This document shows, piece by piece, positions 17,441-26,796 of a stretch of 59,660 nt of DNA; positions within the stretch are counted from its first letter, which is position 1, and every line of letters begins with the position of its first letter. A program made the translations under genes and the position numbers. The stretch is from an uncultured bacterium. Its GTDB lineage: Bacteria; Chlamydiota; Chlamydiia; Chlamydiales; JAAZZY01. The notes beneath the pieces were generated by a model. The model made no database searches. It saw nothing but the letters and a program-made list of their open reading frames with translations, and was not told the origin of the DNA. The stretch spans positions 1-59,660 of the forward strand of contig CAYGLF010000009.1 of assembly GCA_964350945.1 (NCBI GenBank), given 5' to 3'.

Positions 17441-18816
17441 TATGCTAAACTCCCTGTAGGGATCGGTTGATCATGAGGGTCTTTGGTTGGGTTTTCCATC
17501 ATGCTCAGTAGCTGCGCCTCAATTTCTGGAGTGATAATATGCTCCATTTCCTCAGCATTATGATGTACTTTTTCTTTCTGAACCCCAATATGAACAAGGT
17601 AAAGTTCCCAAAGGCGGTGCATGCGTACAATATGTCTTGCGCGCTCACCTCCTTTTTCTGTGAGATAAATGCGGTCATTTGTTTTGATTAGTTGGCCTTT
17701 GAAATCTAAATATAGCATCAGAAAAAGAAAATGTAGTTTTCCAATTCCTTGGTATTTTAAAATATCACTACGCTTAGCTCCATTATCAGAGCGCTGTTTG
17801 AAGTGCCATAGCGATTTTAAAATATTCTCCTCATTACAACGTTTTTTAAAGCGGCAGATTCTTAAATAACGGGTAAACCAACCTCTTTTAGGGGCGAAAA
17901 GGAGGGATAATAAAGAAATAAGAGCGCTGACAATTAAAATAGTCGGACCCGTTGCTAGAGAGGAAGAGGTGCTTGAGGAAAGGGTTGTTTTTACAGAGAT
18001 ATAAACACCTAGATAACCACTCATCAATCCAATGAATCCAGATAAGAGAAACATGCGGTGTAACCGGTTGGTCCATTGCCTTGCAGCAATCGCTGGGCCG
18101 ATGAGCATTCCTGAGAGCATAAAGAGACCAATACTGCGAATGCCCACAATGACTGAAGAGACTAACAAAAAGTAGGTCATTAACTGGATCCACGTCTGTT
18201 TAATTCCTAAAGAACGGGCAAAAAGAGGGTCGAAGTTAATAATTTGAATCTCTCGAAAGTAGCGCAATATACAGAGGATAATGATCGCAACTAGAATGAA
18301 GTAGAGGGGCAGATAAGAGTCTGTGATCGTTGCAGCTTGACCAAATAAAAAGACGCGCGCTTGTTTATAAACTTTGCTGTCGATATTTTGTAAGTAGCTA
18401 GAAAGCGTTAGGCCTATCCCAAAAAAAAGCGTTAAGACAAAACAAAGGGCGGAGTCTTTGGTTAGTTTTAATTTTTTTTCTGCAAACTGTAAGAAAAGCA
18501 GAGAAAGCAAACAAGTTACGGCCGCTCCAAGCAGGCCCCAGCCTAGAAAGGAAGTGCGGGTTGTAAAAGAGACAAAGAGGGCTGCTAGAATAATTCCTGG
18601 ATATGTCGCATGTGAGAGTGTTTCCCCAAGAAGGGACTCTTTACGAATAAAGACGATCACACTAACCAAAGAACATGCTAGGCACATGAGCATACAGCCG
18701 ATAGTAGGGGCTCTTAAGATGGGATCGCTAAAAAAATGCATGGGTAATTCACACCCCCGAGATTTTATTTTGAGAAAGGGTGAAAGCTTCCTCGAAAATA
18801 TTGGTGCTTTGACCAT
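17440..18816 (-). CDS. ytgC: Metal ABC transporter permease fused to C-terminal DtxR/MntR-like repressor domain (YtgC-YtgR)
   Basis: About 300-aa permease followed by about 130 aa with the DtxR-type helix-turn-helix and metal-binding region (ILKYQGIGKLHFLF...RARHIVRMHRLWELYLV...). The first 25 codons overlap the ytgB 3' end, so the true start may be the internal Met (MHFFSDP..., near 18741). Confidence 0.8.
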   Translation of the reverse strand: MVKAPIFSRKLSPFLKIKSRGCELPMHFFSDPILRAPTIGCMLMCLACSLVSVIVFIRKESLLGETLSHATYPGIILAALFVSFTTRTSFLGWGLLGAAVTCLLSLLFLQFAEKKLKLTKDSALCFVLTLFFGIGLTLSSYLQNIDSKVYKQARVFLFGQAATITDSYLPLYFILVAIIILCILRYFREIQIINFDPLFARSLGIKQTWIQLMTYFLLVSSVIVGIRSIGLFMLSGMLIGPAIAARQWTNRLHRMFLLSGFIGLMSGYLGVYISVKTTLSSSTSSSLATGPTILIVSALISLLSLLFAPKRGWFTRYLRICRFKKRCNEENILKSLWHFKQRSDNGAKRSDILKYQGIGKLHFLFLMLYLDFKGQLIKTNDRIYLTEKGGERARHIVRMHRLWELYLVHIGVQKEKVHHNAEEMEHIITPEIEAQLLSMMENPTKDPHDQPIPTGSLA

Positions 18817-19525
18817 AGGTTTGCTTTAGGTTCTCAGTCGTCAAATGCGTTGAGACAGGCCCACAAGCAATGAGTCGGACGTTGAGAAGTAGGACCCAGT
18901 CAAAGTGAGCTTGAATGCTTTTAAGGTCATGGTGGATCACAAAAAGAGTTTTTCCCTGGGATCGCATTTTTTTAAGAAAGCTAAAGATCAGTTGCTCTGT
19001 AACAGAGTCTACCCCAGCAAATGGCTCGTCCAAAAAATAGATTTCAGCGTCTTGCAAAAGAGCACGTGCTAAAAAGATACGTTGTTTTTGTCCAATTGAA
19101 AGCTGGCTGATCTGTCGGTTGGCATAACTTTGCATGTCGACGGCCTTTAATGCACGATGGGCTTCGATGCGGTCTTGTTTGCTAGCAGACTTCCAGAACT
19201 TAAGTTTGGGGTAAAGTCCTTGGAGGACAAGTTCTTCAACGGTAATAGGAAAATCCCAGTCAATGCTGTCTCTTTGTGGAATATAGGCAATTTTTTTCTG
19301 TTGTTGTTTTCCAGAACCTCCCAAAATTTGTATTTTGCCACTCAGTGGTTGAATCAGGCCTAGAATCGTTTTGACAAACGTGCTCTTTCCCGCTCCATTG
19401 GGGCCGATAATAGCCACTAATTCGCCTTTTGGCACCGAAAAGCTAATGTCCCATAATACAGAGACGCGGTCATAGCTAACAGTGAGATGCTGAACTTTAA
19501 GGGCGCATGTTTCTGGGGAGGTCAT
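18749..19525 (-). CDS. ytgB: Metal ABC transporter ATP-binding protein
   Basis: Walker A GPNGAGKST, ABC signature LSIGQKQR and Walker B IYFLDEP. Confidence 0.88.
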   Translation of the reverse strand: MTSPETCALKVQHLTVSYDRVSVLWDISFSVPKGELVAIIGPNGAGKSTFVKTILGLIQPLSGKIQILGGSGKQQQKKIAYIPQRDSIDWDFPITVEELVLQGLYPKLKFWKSASKQDRIEAHRALKAVDMQSYANRQISQLSIGQKQRIFLARALLQDAEIYFLDEPFAGVDSVTEQLIFSFLKKMRSQGKTLFVIHHDLKSIQAHFDWVLLLNVRLIACGPVSTHLTTENLKQTYGQSTNIFEEAFTLSQNKISGV

Positions 19526-20505
19526 GGGGCCTCTTTTTGTGTTAGATATTTGTGGATAACCTGTGCATTTTGAAAAATAAGATCCAAATAACTTCCATCT
19601 GAAGAGCTATTTTTGCTCATGGTGTCTCCGTACAAGCATTGAGGGGCGATCTGAACTTTTATGCCATAGCGACTAGAAGCGTCTTGAATTTTATGGATAG
19701 AGTCTAGGTTGACATTAAATTCAGGGAAGAGAGTCATGACTTGATGTTCTTGGATGTAGTGGATCACCTTTTGAATATCACCTGTGCTTAACTGGCAATC
19801 AGGGGCAAGTCCCTCTGGGGCGATAAAACGCTTTTTCCATGTCCCATCCTTGGCCTCATCAAGGTGTGATAAGTAGCTTTTTGTGAAATAGAAAAAAGCG
19901 TCGTGACAAGTAATGAGGTAGCGATTTTCAGGGGGAATTTCCTGCATGAGTGCAAGTATTTTAGCATGTGTGTTTTTCATCTTTTCTCTAAGAATCACTC
20001 CATTTTCTTGAAAGAAAGCTGCGTTTTGTGGATCAAATTTAGAGAGTTGCTCAATGACTAGCTGAACTCCTTTTTCCCAAAGCGACACATCCATCCAAAT
20101 GTGGGGGTCAAGTTGGCCGTCTATCTTTAAGATTAATTCGGGGTAGTGTTGATTGATGTAGTCGCCAAAACCATGGCTGTTAGGGTGGTTTTGAAGGTGT
20201 CTTTTAATATTGGGATTATGCTCAAGCCCAAGGCCGTTGTAAAAAACAAGGCCTGCAGACGAAAGGATTTCGTCATCGCCTTTAATCGGAACGTAAGTAT
20301 GAGGATCTAAATCTTCTTTAATTAAAGTTGTGACTTTTAAGCGATCTTGAGCGACCGCACGCACGACATCAGCAATCATGCCAATGGTGCAGACCACTTG
20401 TTTTTTAGGACTAGTAAGAGTTTGTTTTGGGGAAGGAGAACAACCTCCTAACAAGAGAGTGCTTACTAGCGTTAACAAAAGTAGAGCGTAAAAACGTGAT
20501 TTCAT
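19522..20505 (-). CDS. ytgA: Periplasmic metal-binding protein (TroA/ZnuA/MntC family) lipoprotein
   Basis: Signal peptide with lipobox LLGGC. Cluster-9 SBP fold with His/Asp metal ligands (DPHxY, HDAFxYF). Confidence 0.82.
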   Translation of the reverse strand: MKSRFYALLLLTLVSTLLLGGCSPSPKQTLTSPKKQVVCTIGMIADVVRAVAQDRLKVTTLIKEDLDPHTYVPIKGDDEILSSAGLVFYNGLGLEHNPNIKRHLQNHPNSHGFGDYINQHYPELILKIDGQLDPHIWMDVSLWEKGVQLVIEQLSKFDPQNAAFFQENGVILREKMKNTHAKILALMQEIPPENRYLITCHDAFFYFTKSYLSHLDEAKDGTWKKRFIAPEGLAPDCQLSTGDIQKVIHYIQEHQVMTLFPEFNVNLDSIHKIQDASSRYGIKVQIAPQCLYGDTMSKNSSSDGSYLDLIFQNAQVIHKYLTQKEAP

Positions 20506-20650
20506 ACCGTATCAACTCAGTCTATTAAAGGATGCTATTATCGTATAATGAATTATTCTTAACAAGTGGCATGTGAGTAAATAAGGAATCTTTTGATAAA
20601 CAATTTTTTACACTCAATTTATCACAGAAAGGATCTATTTTAACTAGATG

Positions 20651-20661
20651 TTAAGCCTTAA
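20651..20661. promoter_or_regulatory. Candidate DtxR/YtgR-type operator half-palindrome upstream of ytgA
   Basis: TTAAGCCTTAA is an 11-bp perfect odd palindrome in the ytgA 5' region. A related TTAAGGCTAA copy lies at about 20813. It resembles the TTAGCCTAA core of DtxR boxes. This is inference only. Confidence 0.25.
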
Positions 20662-20850
20662 TAATTGTTTACGTGGGGTAGTTATTTAGTATCTTTTGCA
20701 GTGCTTCTAAACATAAGCGTTATTTTTTTAAATAAGAATATATAAAGAAAGCTTGAATAAAATTTATAATGATTTTATCCTTTGCGACAATTAATTAACT
20801 TCTGTCTTTAAATTAAGGCTAATCATTCAATAAAGGCTACAGGCGGTTAT

Positions 20851-21345
20851 ATGGATATGACTGGAACAAATCTAAAAACATTCAAAGAGCTAGAGGAAAT
20901 CATTCGCGAGGCTGTTAGAAAAATTAACGGAGATAAAGAAAACGATATTTGTCGCTACCTTCCAATCCCTACTGGTGGATACATGCACCACTTTACAATG
21001 AGAAAGATGAAAACTGAAGAGCCTCAGGCTTTAGCCTCGCTCATTAAACGGTTTATTAATTCCGTGGAGAAACCTCAATCAGTGACTCCTAAACCGCGCG
21101 CTGCTCGAGGGTCTCGAAAGCGTCGTGGAGGAATCAACTTTTCTCGTACAGAACTTGAAAAGCTCTTAGATATAGCAAAAACCATTGGGGACAATGAAAT
21201 TATCAATAAGCTGAGCCCACGAAAATCTTTAGCAGCTTATAGAAGAGATTTGATTGCTTCTATTAAAAACAATGAGGTGGATGAGAAGCTGTGGCGTAAT
21301 TATGCAGAAGCCGCAGGCGCTGCTAAAGACGAAGAGCTCGATTAA
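20851..21345 (+). CDS. Hypothetical protein (164 aa) with basic NLS-like cluster
   Basis: ORF flanked by very AT-rich DNA and followed by a clean terminator. Contains PKPRAARGSRKRRGG. No recognisable domain. Confidence 0.45.
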   Translation: MDMTGTNLKTFKELEEIIREAVRKINGDKENDICRYLPIPTGGYMHHFTMRKMKTEEPQALASLIKRFINSVEKPQSVTPKPRAARGSRKRRGGINFSRTELEKLLDIAKTIGDNEIINKLSPRKSLAAYRRDLIASIKNNEVDEKLWRNYAEAAGAAKDEELD

Positions 21346-21374
21346 AATTAAAATTTTATATCCTAGTTAAGAGA

Positions 21375-21417
21375 AAAAACCTAAGTTGCTTCAAAAGAAA
21401 CTTAGGTTTTTTTTTAT
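21375..21417. terminator. Rho-independent terminator (potentially bidirectional)
   Basis: Perfect 10-bp stem aacctaagtt/aacttaggtt with an A-run 5' and a T9 run 3'. Confidence 0.7.
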
Positions 21418-21558
21418 TATAAGATTAAAAAAAAGAGTATATTTCAATAAATGTTTCGCTGCTTTGGAATATTTGCATTTTATCCTAAACTTGATATAAT
21501 AAGTGCGAATTTTCAAATTCATGTCTAACAATATATAAACAAATAAGAGGCGAAAATA

Positions 21559-23139
21559 ATGACAGCAATTCAGGATAAGCCGTTTAGTAAGGTTCGGTCC
21601 ATTTTGTGGCCCATCCATGCTTTTGAGCTCAAGAAGATAATCCCCCTACTCATTATGTTTTTTTGTGTGATTTTTAATTATACAATTTTACGTGATATGA
21701 AAGACGCTTTGGTCGTCACAGCTCCAGGATCTGGTGCTGAAATCATCCCTTTCTTGAAGGTGTATGGTGTGATACCGATGGCAGTTCTTTTTATGCTCAT
21801 CTATGCGAAACTAAGTAACAAGCTCAGTAAGCCTAAACTTTTTTATACAACCATTACATTTTTTGCTGGATTTTTTGCACTTTTTGCATTTGTTCTGTAT
21901 CCACTTAAAGATGTTTTACACCCAACACATGCAGCTGATGTGGTACAGTCTTATCTTCCACAAGGGTTCATGGGGCTCGTCGCTATTTTTAGAAACTGGA
22001 CCTATGCACTCTTTTATATCATGTCTGAGTTATGGGGTAGTGTGGCTCTTTCTCTAGTTTTATGGGGATTTGCCAACGATATTACTAAAGTTACAGAAGC
22101 TAAGCGTTTTTACCCAATGCTAGGAATTGGTGCTAACTTAGCGCTTCCGGTCTCTGGTCCTTTAATCATGTACTTCGCAGGGCTAAGAAAAGTAATGCCA
22201 GCAAGTGTTGATGCTTGGGGATTGACCCTTAACTATCTCATGGCTGCTGTAGCTGTTGCTTCATTGATCTTGATGATGACATATGCTTGGATGCAGAAAA
22301 ACGTTCTCACAGACCCACGTTTCTATGATCCGAATGAACAGAAGAAAAAGAAGAAAGAAAAGCCTTCTATGAGCATGATGGAAAGTTTCAAGTTCCTAGC
22401 AAAATCTAAGTATTTAGGTTGTTTGGCTCTGATCGTTTTTGCTTATGGAATTTCTATTAACTTAATTGAAGTTTCTTGGAAAGCCCAGCTTAAACTCCAA
22501 TTCCCTGATCCTGCAGCATACCTCAGCTTCATGGGACTATTCTCAACAATTACTGGTCCTTTGACCATCTTCATGATGCTCTTTGTGGGCGGTAACTTAA
22601 TGAGAAAGAAAGGTTGGACCTTTACAGCTCTTGTCACACCTGTAATGTTACTTGTAACAGGAGGTCTCTTCTTTGCATTTATCATTTTCAAAACAAAGCT
22701 AAACTTCTTAACTGTGCTGATGGGTGTGACTCCGATTATGTTTGCCGTAGTTCTAGGAACCGTGCAGAACATGCTCAGTAAGTCTACCAAGTATTCTTTA
22801 TTCGACCCAACGAAAGAAATGGCATATATCCCATTAGACCAAGAGTCTAAAGTTAAAGGAAAAGCAGCTATTGATGTCGTCGGAGCGCGTTTAGGGAAAT
22901 CTGGAGGAGCCTTATTCCAACAGATCCTATTGGTTTCTCTTGGAAGTGTTACCTTGATGGCGCCATACGTAGCTGCTGTGCTGGTAGCTGTCGTAGTTGC
23001 CTGGATTTTTGCAGGTAAGGCACTTGGAAAACGCTTCAACGCTCTCTCTCAAGAGCAAGAAAAGGCGAGAGAAGTCGAAGCTGCAGAAGCTGTTCAAACA
23101 GCGTCCGCTGCTACTGCTGAAAAAGTGACAGTCTCTTAA
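21559..23139 (+). CDS. ntt: ATP/ADP translocase (NTT nucleotide transporter, Npt/Tlc family)
   Basis: 526 aa with 12 TM helices. N-terminus MTAIQDKPFSKVRSILWPIHAFELKKIIPLL...FNYTILRD is highly characteristic of chlamydial/rickettsial Npt1/Tlc. AAGAGG RBS. Confidence 0.92.
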   Translation: MTAIQDKPFSKVRSILWPIHAFELKKIIPLLIMFFCVIFNYTILRDMKDALVVTAPGSGAEIIPFLKVYGVIPMAVLFMLIYAKLSNKLSKPKLFYTTITFFAGFFALFAFVLYPLKDVLHPTHAADVVQSYLPQGFMGLVAIFRNWTYALFYIMSELWGSVALSLVLWGFANDITKVTEAKRFYPMLGIGANLALPVSGPLIMYFAGLRKVMPASVDAWGLTLNYLMAAVAVASLILMMTYAWMQKNVLTDPRFYDPNEQKKKKKEKPSMSMMESFKFLAKSKYLGCLALIVFAYGISINLIEVSWKAQLKLQFPDPAAYLSFMGLFSTITGPLTIFMMLFVGGNLMRKKGWTFTALVTPVMLLVTGGLFFAFIIFKTKLNFLTVLMGVTPIMFAVVLGTVQNMLSKSTKYSLFDPTKEMAYIPLDQESKVKGKAAIDVVGARLGKSGGALFQQILLVSLGSVTLMAPYVAAVLVAVVVAWIFAGKALGKRFNALSQEQEKAREVEAAEAVQTASAATAEKVTVS

Positions 23140-23162
23140 TTTATTAAGAATAAACTGAAACA

Positions 23163-23197
23163 AAAAAGGACCTTCATTTTGAAGGTCCTTTTTTTTG
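23163..23197 (+). terminator. Rho-independent terminator after ntt
   Basis: aaggacctt-cattttg-aaggtcctt followed by a T8 run. Confidence 0.75.
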
Positions 23198-23381
23198 TCC
23201 CTAGAAGTTGGAAAATTCATTGATCAAAGGGCGCCCCTTCGTAGAGATACCCATCCTTTATAGACAACGGTGGTCACGTTTATACATCTATTTGAAATTA
23301 ACCAATTTCTTTATAAAAAATTAATATTAATTAATTATAATCATATTTAGTAAGTTTATCATTTAAATAATTCATTGATTT

Positions 23382-25133
23382 ATGAGTGCCCCAAATAGCT
23401 ATTTACCTTCCTTCTCGAGCACCTTTAATGGAGCGCTAAGTTATGCCTCTGATTTTTATCAGGGAACTAAGAGCTTTTCCTATGAAATAGGAAAAGAGGC
23501 TCTCAGACAGTCGGTGACACTGGCTCCTGCAGCTCTTATCGGGGTAGGGCAAACGATTCTCAATGGAGCAACTTCACTGAACTTGACTGATTCTTTTGGA
23601 TGCGCGCTAGGAGCTTGTCAAGTGATTCAAGGAACGTACGATCTCTTATCGACTCCTATTCAAGCGCTAAGAGGGAGGGCAACTCTTTTTTCTTCCGAAT
23701 CTTTAAAAGACATGTCTTACTCAACTCTTAAAATTATATTGGGCACTGCGACGCTCTTTGCACCCTCTAAAATTTACCTTGATGAGATGACAAATGCCCA
23801 GCTATTTTTATGGTCTACATTAATTATCAATTCACTGGTAACTGCAGGTTATCTTGCAAAAGAGTCCTATTCAAACCTTCAAAAAAGCCATCTATTAGAA
23901 AAGGTTTCTCCATTTAGTCAGAGCCAGCAGTCTGTGGATTGGGAGAAAGTTGCAAAAAGTATCTCTTCTGCAGTACTAGGAACCCTATCAGCTGTTGGCG
24001 CCTATCAAAAAGCAGAGGTAGCTTTAGGTCAGAGAATCTCATCTTGGGTAAGTGCTCCGGCAGATATCTCGAAGTTAAAAAAGCACCTAAAAGGGGTAGA
24101 GCCTGAAAAAATTCAAGCGTTCTTAGCAGTGAACACAAAAAAGTGTAACTACTCTCGTCGCGATTCAAATGAGCAATTCATCTTGCTTGGAAATCCTGAC
24201 CTTTGGGAATGCTCGAGCGAACACCAAAAAATTAGAGACGAACTTTTAAAGTACCGTCCTGATATTCTTGCTCAAATTTATAGGTTAAGTGAAAAAAACT
24301 ACAGGGAGAATAGTTTACAGGATTTTTTAAATAAAGCCGAAAAGTATGGGGCAAACTTAAACTCTATAAGTGATTTAGAAATTCAAAAGTTTATCCAAAT
24401 GTTTTCTTGCTACGACAGTTACTATCTAGGGAAAATTTTTTCACATCATAGACCAATTACTCATTTTGATACTACAAGGTGTTATAGTGACAAAGAGTTT
24501 TCTCTTCTAAATGACAAAGGGCTTTTAGCATGGGTTGGCAAGGGAAAAAATAAAAACCCAGCAGCCTTTTTTCAAGCTGAATATGATTGGAATGGAGCCC
24601 TAAATTATCACTCTTATGATAGGGGCTATGAATACGGAGCCATAGAATTTGCTAAAGATCATAAAAACCTTTATTCAGGAACTCTAAATTCAGCTACTCA
24701 TATGTGTGAGCAATTTGCTGAAGCAAGAAAAGCCTTGGGTATGAAACTCAAAGAGGTTTATATCAATGCGCATGGATCTCCAAGAGGGATGCTTTTTTCT
24801 GAGCAAGGTTCGCAACGATTAGGATTTTATGTAGACACGCCACTTCCTCAAGGGTGCTTTGAAGATAATGTTGCTGAAGATGCAACCATCTTTCTACAGT
24901 CATGCTCAACCGCCAGTGATGAGGGTATCTATTCCTTTTTTGAAAATATTGCAGGAAGAATTTCAAAGTTCGTTCCAAAAGGCAAGGTTGTTGGGTCGAA
25001 AGCACCAACATATGCGAGTAAGGTAGAATATAAAATTAATGAAAGTGGTAATAGCTTTGTTCACTTAGGCCCAGAAACCACGATCAGAAAAGATGGAGAT
25101 ACTTTTTCAATATTCAAATTTCTATTTGGATAG
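23382..25133 (+). CDS. Hypothetical protein (583 aa): Inc-like bilobed hydrophobic segment + C-terminal putative clan CD (caspase-like) cysteine peptidase domain
   Basis: Residues about 114-158 form two hydrophobic blocks separated by a short loop (LKIILGTATLFAPSKIY / AQLFLWSTLIINSLVTAGYLA). The C-terminal region has hydrophobic-xHG (EVYINAHGS, His464) and hydrophobic-QxC (TIFLQSCST, Cys508) 44 aa apart. Confidence 0.5.
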   Translation: MSAPNSYLPSFSSTFNGALSYASDFYQGTKSFSYEIGKEALRQSVTLAPAALIGVGQTILNGATSLNLTDSFGCALGACQVIQGTYDLLSTPIQALRGRATLFSSESLKDMSYSTLKIILGTATLFAPSKIYLDEMTNAQLFLWSTLIINSLVTAGYLAKESYSNLQKSHLLEKVSPFSQSQQSVDWEKVAKSISSAVLGTLSAVGAYQKAEVALGQRISSWVSAPADISKLKKHLKGVEPEKIQAFLAVNTKKCNYSRRDSNEQFILLGNPDLWECSSEHQKIRDELLKYRPDILAQIYRLSEKNYRENSLQDFLNKAEKYGANLNSISDLEIQKFIQMFSCYDSYYLGKIFSHHRPITHFDTTRCYSDKEFSLLNDKGLLAWVGKGKNKNPAAFFQAEYDWNGALNYHSYDRGYEYGAIEFAKDHKNLYSGTLNSATHMCEQFAEARKALGMKLKEVYINAHGSPRGMLFSEQGSQRLGFYVDTPLPQGCFEDNVAEDATIFLQSCSTASDEGIYSFFENIAGRISKFVPKGKVVGSKAPTYASKVEYKINESGNSFVHLGPETTIRKDGDTFSIFKFLFG

Positions 25134-25184
25134 ATCTTCTTCAAAATTCACTTCAGTAGGCTGCAGTTAAGCTGTGATTCTTTT

Positions 25185-26735
25185 TTAAAAAGAGAGGGCT
25201 TCTTGTGGAGTTTTTCCATTATATCCAGAGCATTTAAAAATAAGAGCTCCCTTTACAAGCGTATGATGCGCAGTAAAAAGAGGCACCACCTTAACAAGCT
25301 CTACTTTTTCGAAGTAAGGGGCAAGATCGTTAGTGACTTTATTAACTTCATAGTCTACGTCTTGCAAAAAGTCTTTGGAATTTTTCGACCAGACATAATA
25401 GCCTGTTTGCCCCACTTTTTCTTCAGCCATAGTAGGCCAGAAGCAAAATTGGTTTTGGCGACGATTAGCTGTATTAAAAAAATACTGACGCTGAGGATTG
25501 GGTCCATAAAAACTTAAAAGGCTAGTCATTTGATAGGTGTCAGAGAATAAGAAATGAGAGTTTGGGTCATAGTCTATTTTTTCAAACTCATCTCTCAAAG
25601 CGGCCCAACCCATGCTATGTCTAAAGGGATTGATTCTGTAGGGGAGTAGCTTTTGTGAACCCCACGCTTTAGACTGCAAGTGTGGAATGGTGATTAGCGC
25701 AAATACAATAGCAAGAGACAGAGCACACCCACGATATAGCCATACAGACCCTTTTTTTAAGATATCTACTGCATACCAGGCGATAATAATAGTGGCAGTT
25801 GGGTAAGCGTATAGAGCCCAGTTTGCTTGTATCTTTTTGAACGAGGAGAGGGTTATAAAAGAACCCAGAATTAAAGAGGTAGTCAGAGCACAAAAAAGAA
25901 GAGGGCGTGCAACCTCTTTTCTTCTCCTTAGAACTTCTAAAATTCCCAGAAGAAGCAAAATAAAAAAAATGGGGGAGAGAACCCCAAACTGAGCTCCAAA
26001 AAAATCTAATAAGTTTCCCTTAGAGGTGGTGGTCGTCGTTTGCGTGAGCACATGGCGAAAAGTAGCCCATTGATGGGTGCTATTCCAAATAATGCTAGGG
26101 AAAAGCCCCGCAAGAGAAAGCGCCATGCCATTGAAGATGTTTTTATGATAGAGAGGACGGAATAAAATACAGGCAATGAGAATAACACCCCAGAGAGCAT
26201 AGATAGGCCATTTGTAGAGAGCTCCTAGTAAAATGAATAGGGAGACTAAAAAGTAGTTCGGGGCTGTTTGAGTTTCAAGAGCACTTAAAATGGGAGTGAT
26301 TGCTAAAATCCAAAAAAGAATAAACCCGCCATCGGTAGTTGCTGCAAATGTGCCCATCATACCAACAGGAGAGATGGCAAAAATCGTTGCAGCCCAAAAA
26401 CAAATGCGAGGACTTAGCTTCGCTTTATAAGCCATCATATAGGTGAAAAGCGCTGTGATCATTGAGAGGAACACAGCTCCAGAGCGCACGCCAAGTTCCG
26501 ATTGTCCAAATAGCTTACATCCCAGCCATATCTGTAGGGCGATTCCTGGAGGTTTGCTGTAAAATCCAAAATCTAAGTTTTGGCTCCACGTCCAATATTG
26601 AGCTTCGTCAGGGTTAAGGCTGATATACCCTGAGGAGATCTCGTAAAAAGCCCAAAGAGCCTTGAAGGTGACGATAACAAAAAGAATCGTCAGATAGTGG
26701 GTATGGGTTTCAATTTTTTTAATGAGTGAACGCAT
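25185..26735 (-). CDS. GT-C fold glycosyltransferase (ArnT/PMT family, GT39/83-like)
   Basis: 516 aa with more than 10 TM helices. N-terminal loop has the DEAQYW motif typical of ArnT/PMT-type undecaprenyl- or dolichyl-phosphate-sugar transferases. Confidence 0.7.
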   Translation of the reverse strand: MRSLIKKIETHTHYLTILFVIVTFKALWAFYEISSGYISLNPDEAQYWTWSQNLDFGFYSKPPGIALQIWLGCKLFGQSELGVRSGAVFLSMITALFTYMMAYKAKLSPRICFWAATIFAISPVGMMGTFAATTDGGFILFWILAITPILSALETQTAPNYFLVSLFILLGALYKWPIYALWGVILIACILFRPLYHKNIFNGMALSLAGLFPSIIWNSTHQWATFRHVLTQTTTTTSKGNLLDFFGAQFGVLSPIFFILLLLGILEVLRRRKEVARPLLFCALTTSLILGSFITLSSFKKIQANWALYAYPTATIIIAWYAVDILKKGSVWLYRGCALSLAIVFALITIPHLQSKAWGSQKLLPYRINPFRHSMGWAALRDEFEKIDYDPNSHFLFSDTYQMTSLLSFYGPNPQRQYFFNTANRRQNQFCFWPTMAEEKVGQTGYYVWSKNSKDFLQDVDYEVNKVTNDLAPYFEKVELVKVVPLFTAHHTLVKGALIFKCSGYNGKTPQEALSF

Positions 26736-26796
26736 AGAGGCATATCATATCCAGAAAGCCTTTTTATTGAAATAAATTTGTCTTGGGCTGTTCTGT

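Noticed and set aside
22443-23039. 198-aa minus-strand ORF inside ntt
   Set aside because: Entirely antisense to the high-confidence NTT translocase, with no RBS or domain. The other short antisense track ORFs (13286..13498, 13730..13963, 16007..16207, 19147..19363, 30364..30905, 31126..31446, 32354..32605, 35332..35727, 44164..44824, 48751..48963, 50190..50417, 51220..51417, 53099..53299, 56511..56825, 57587..57853) are rejected for the same reason.
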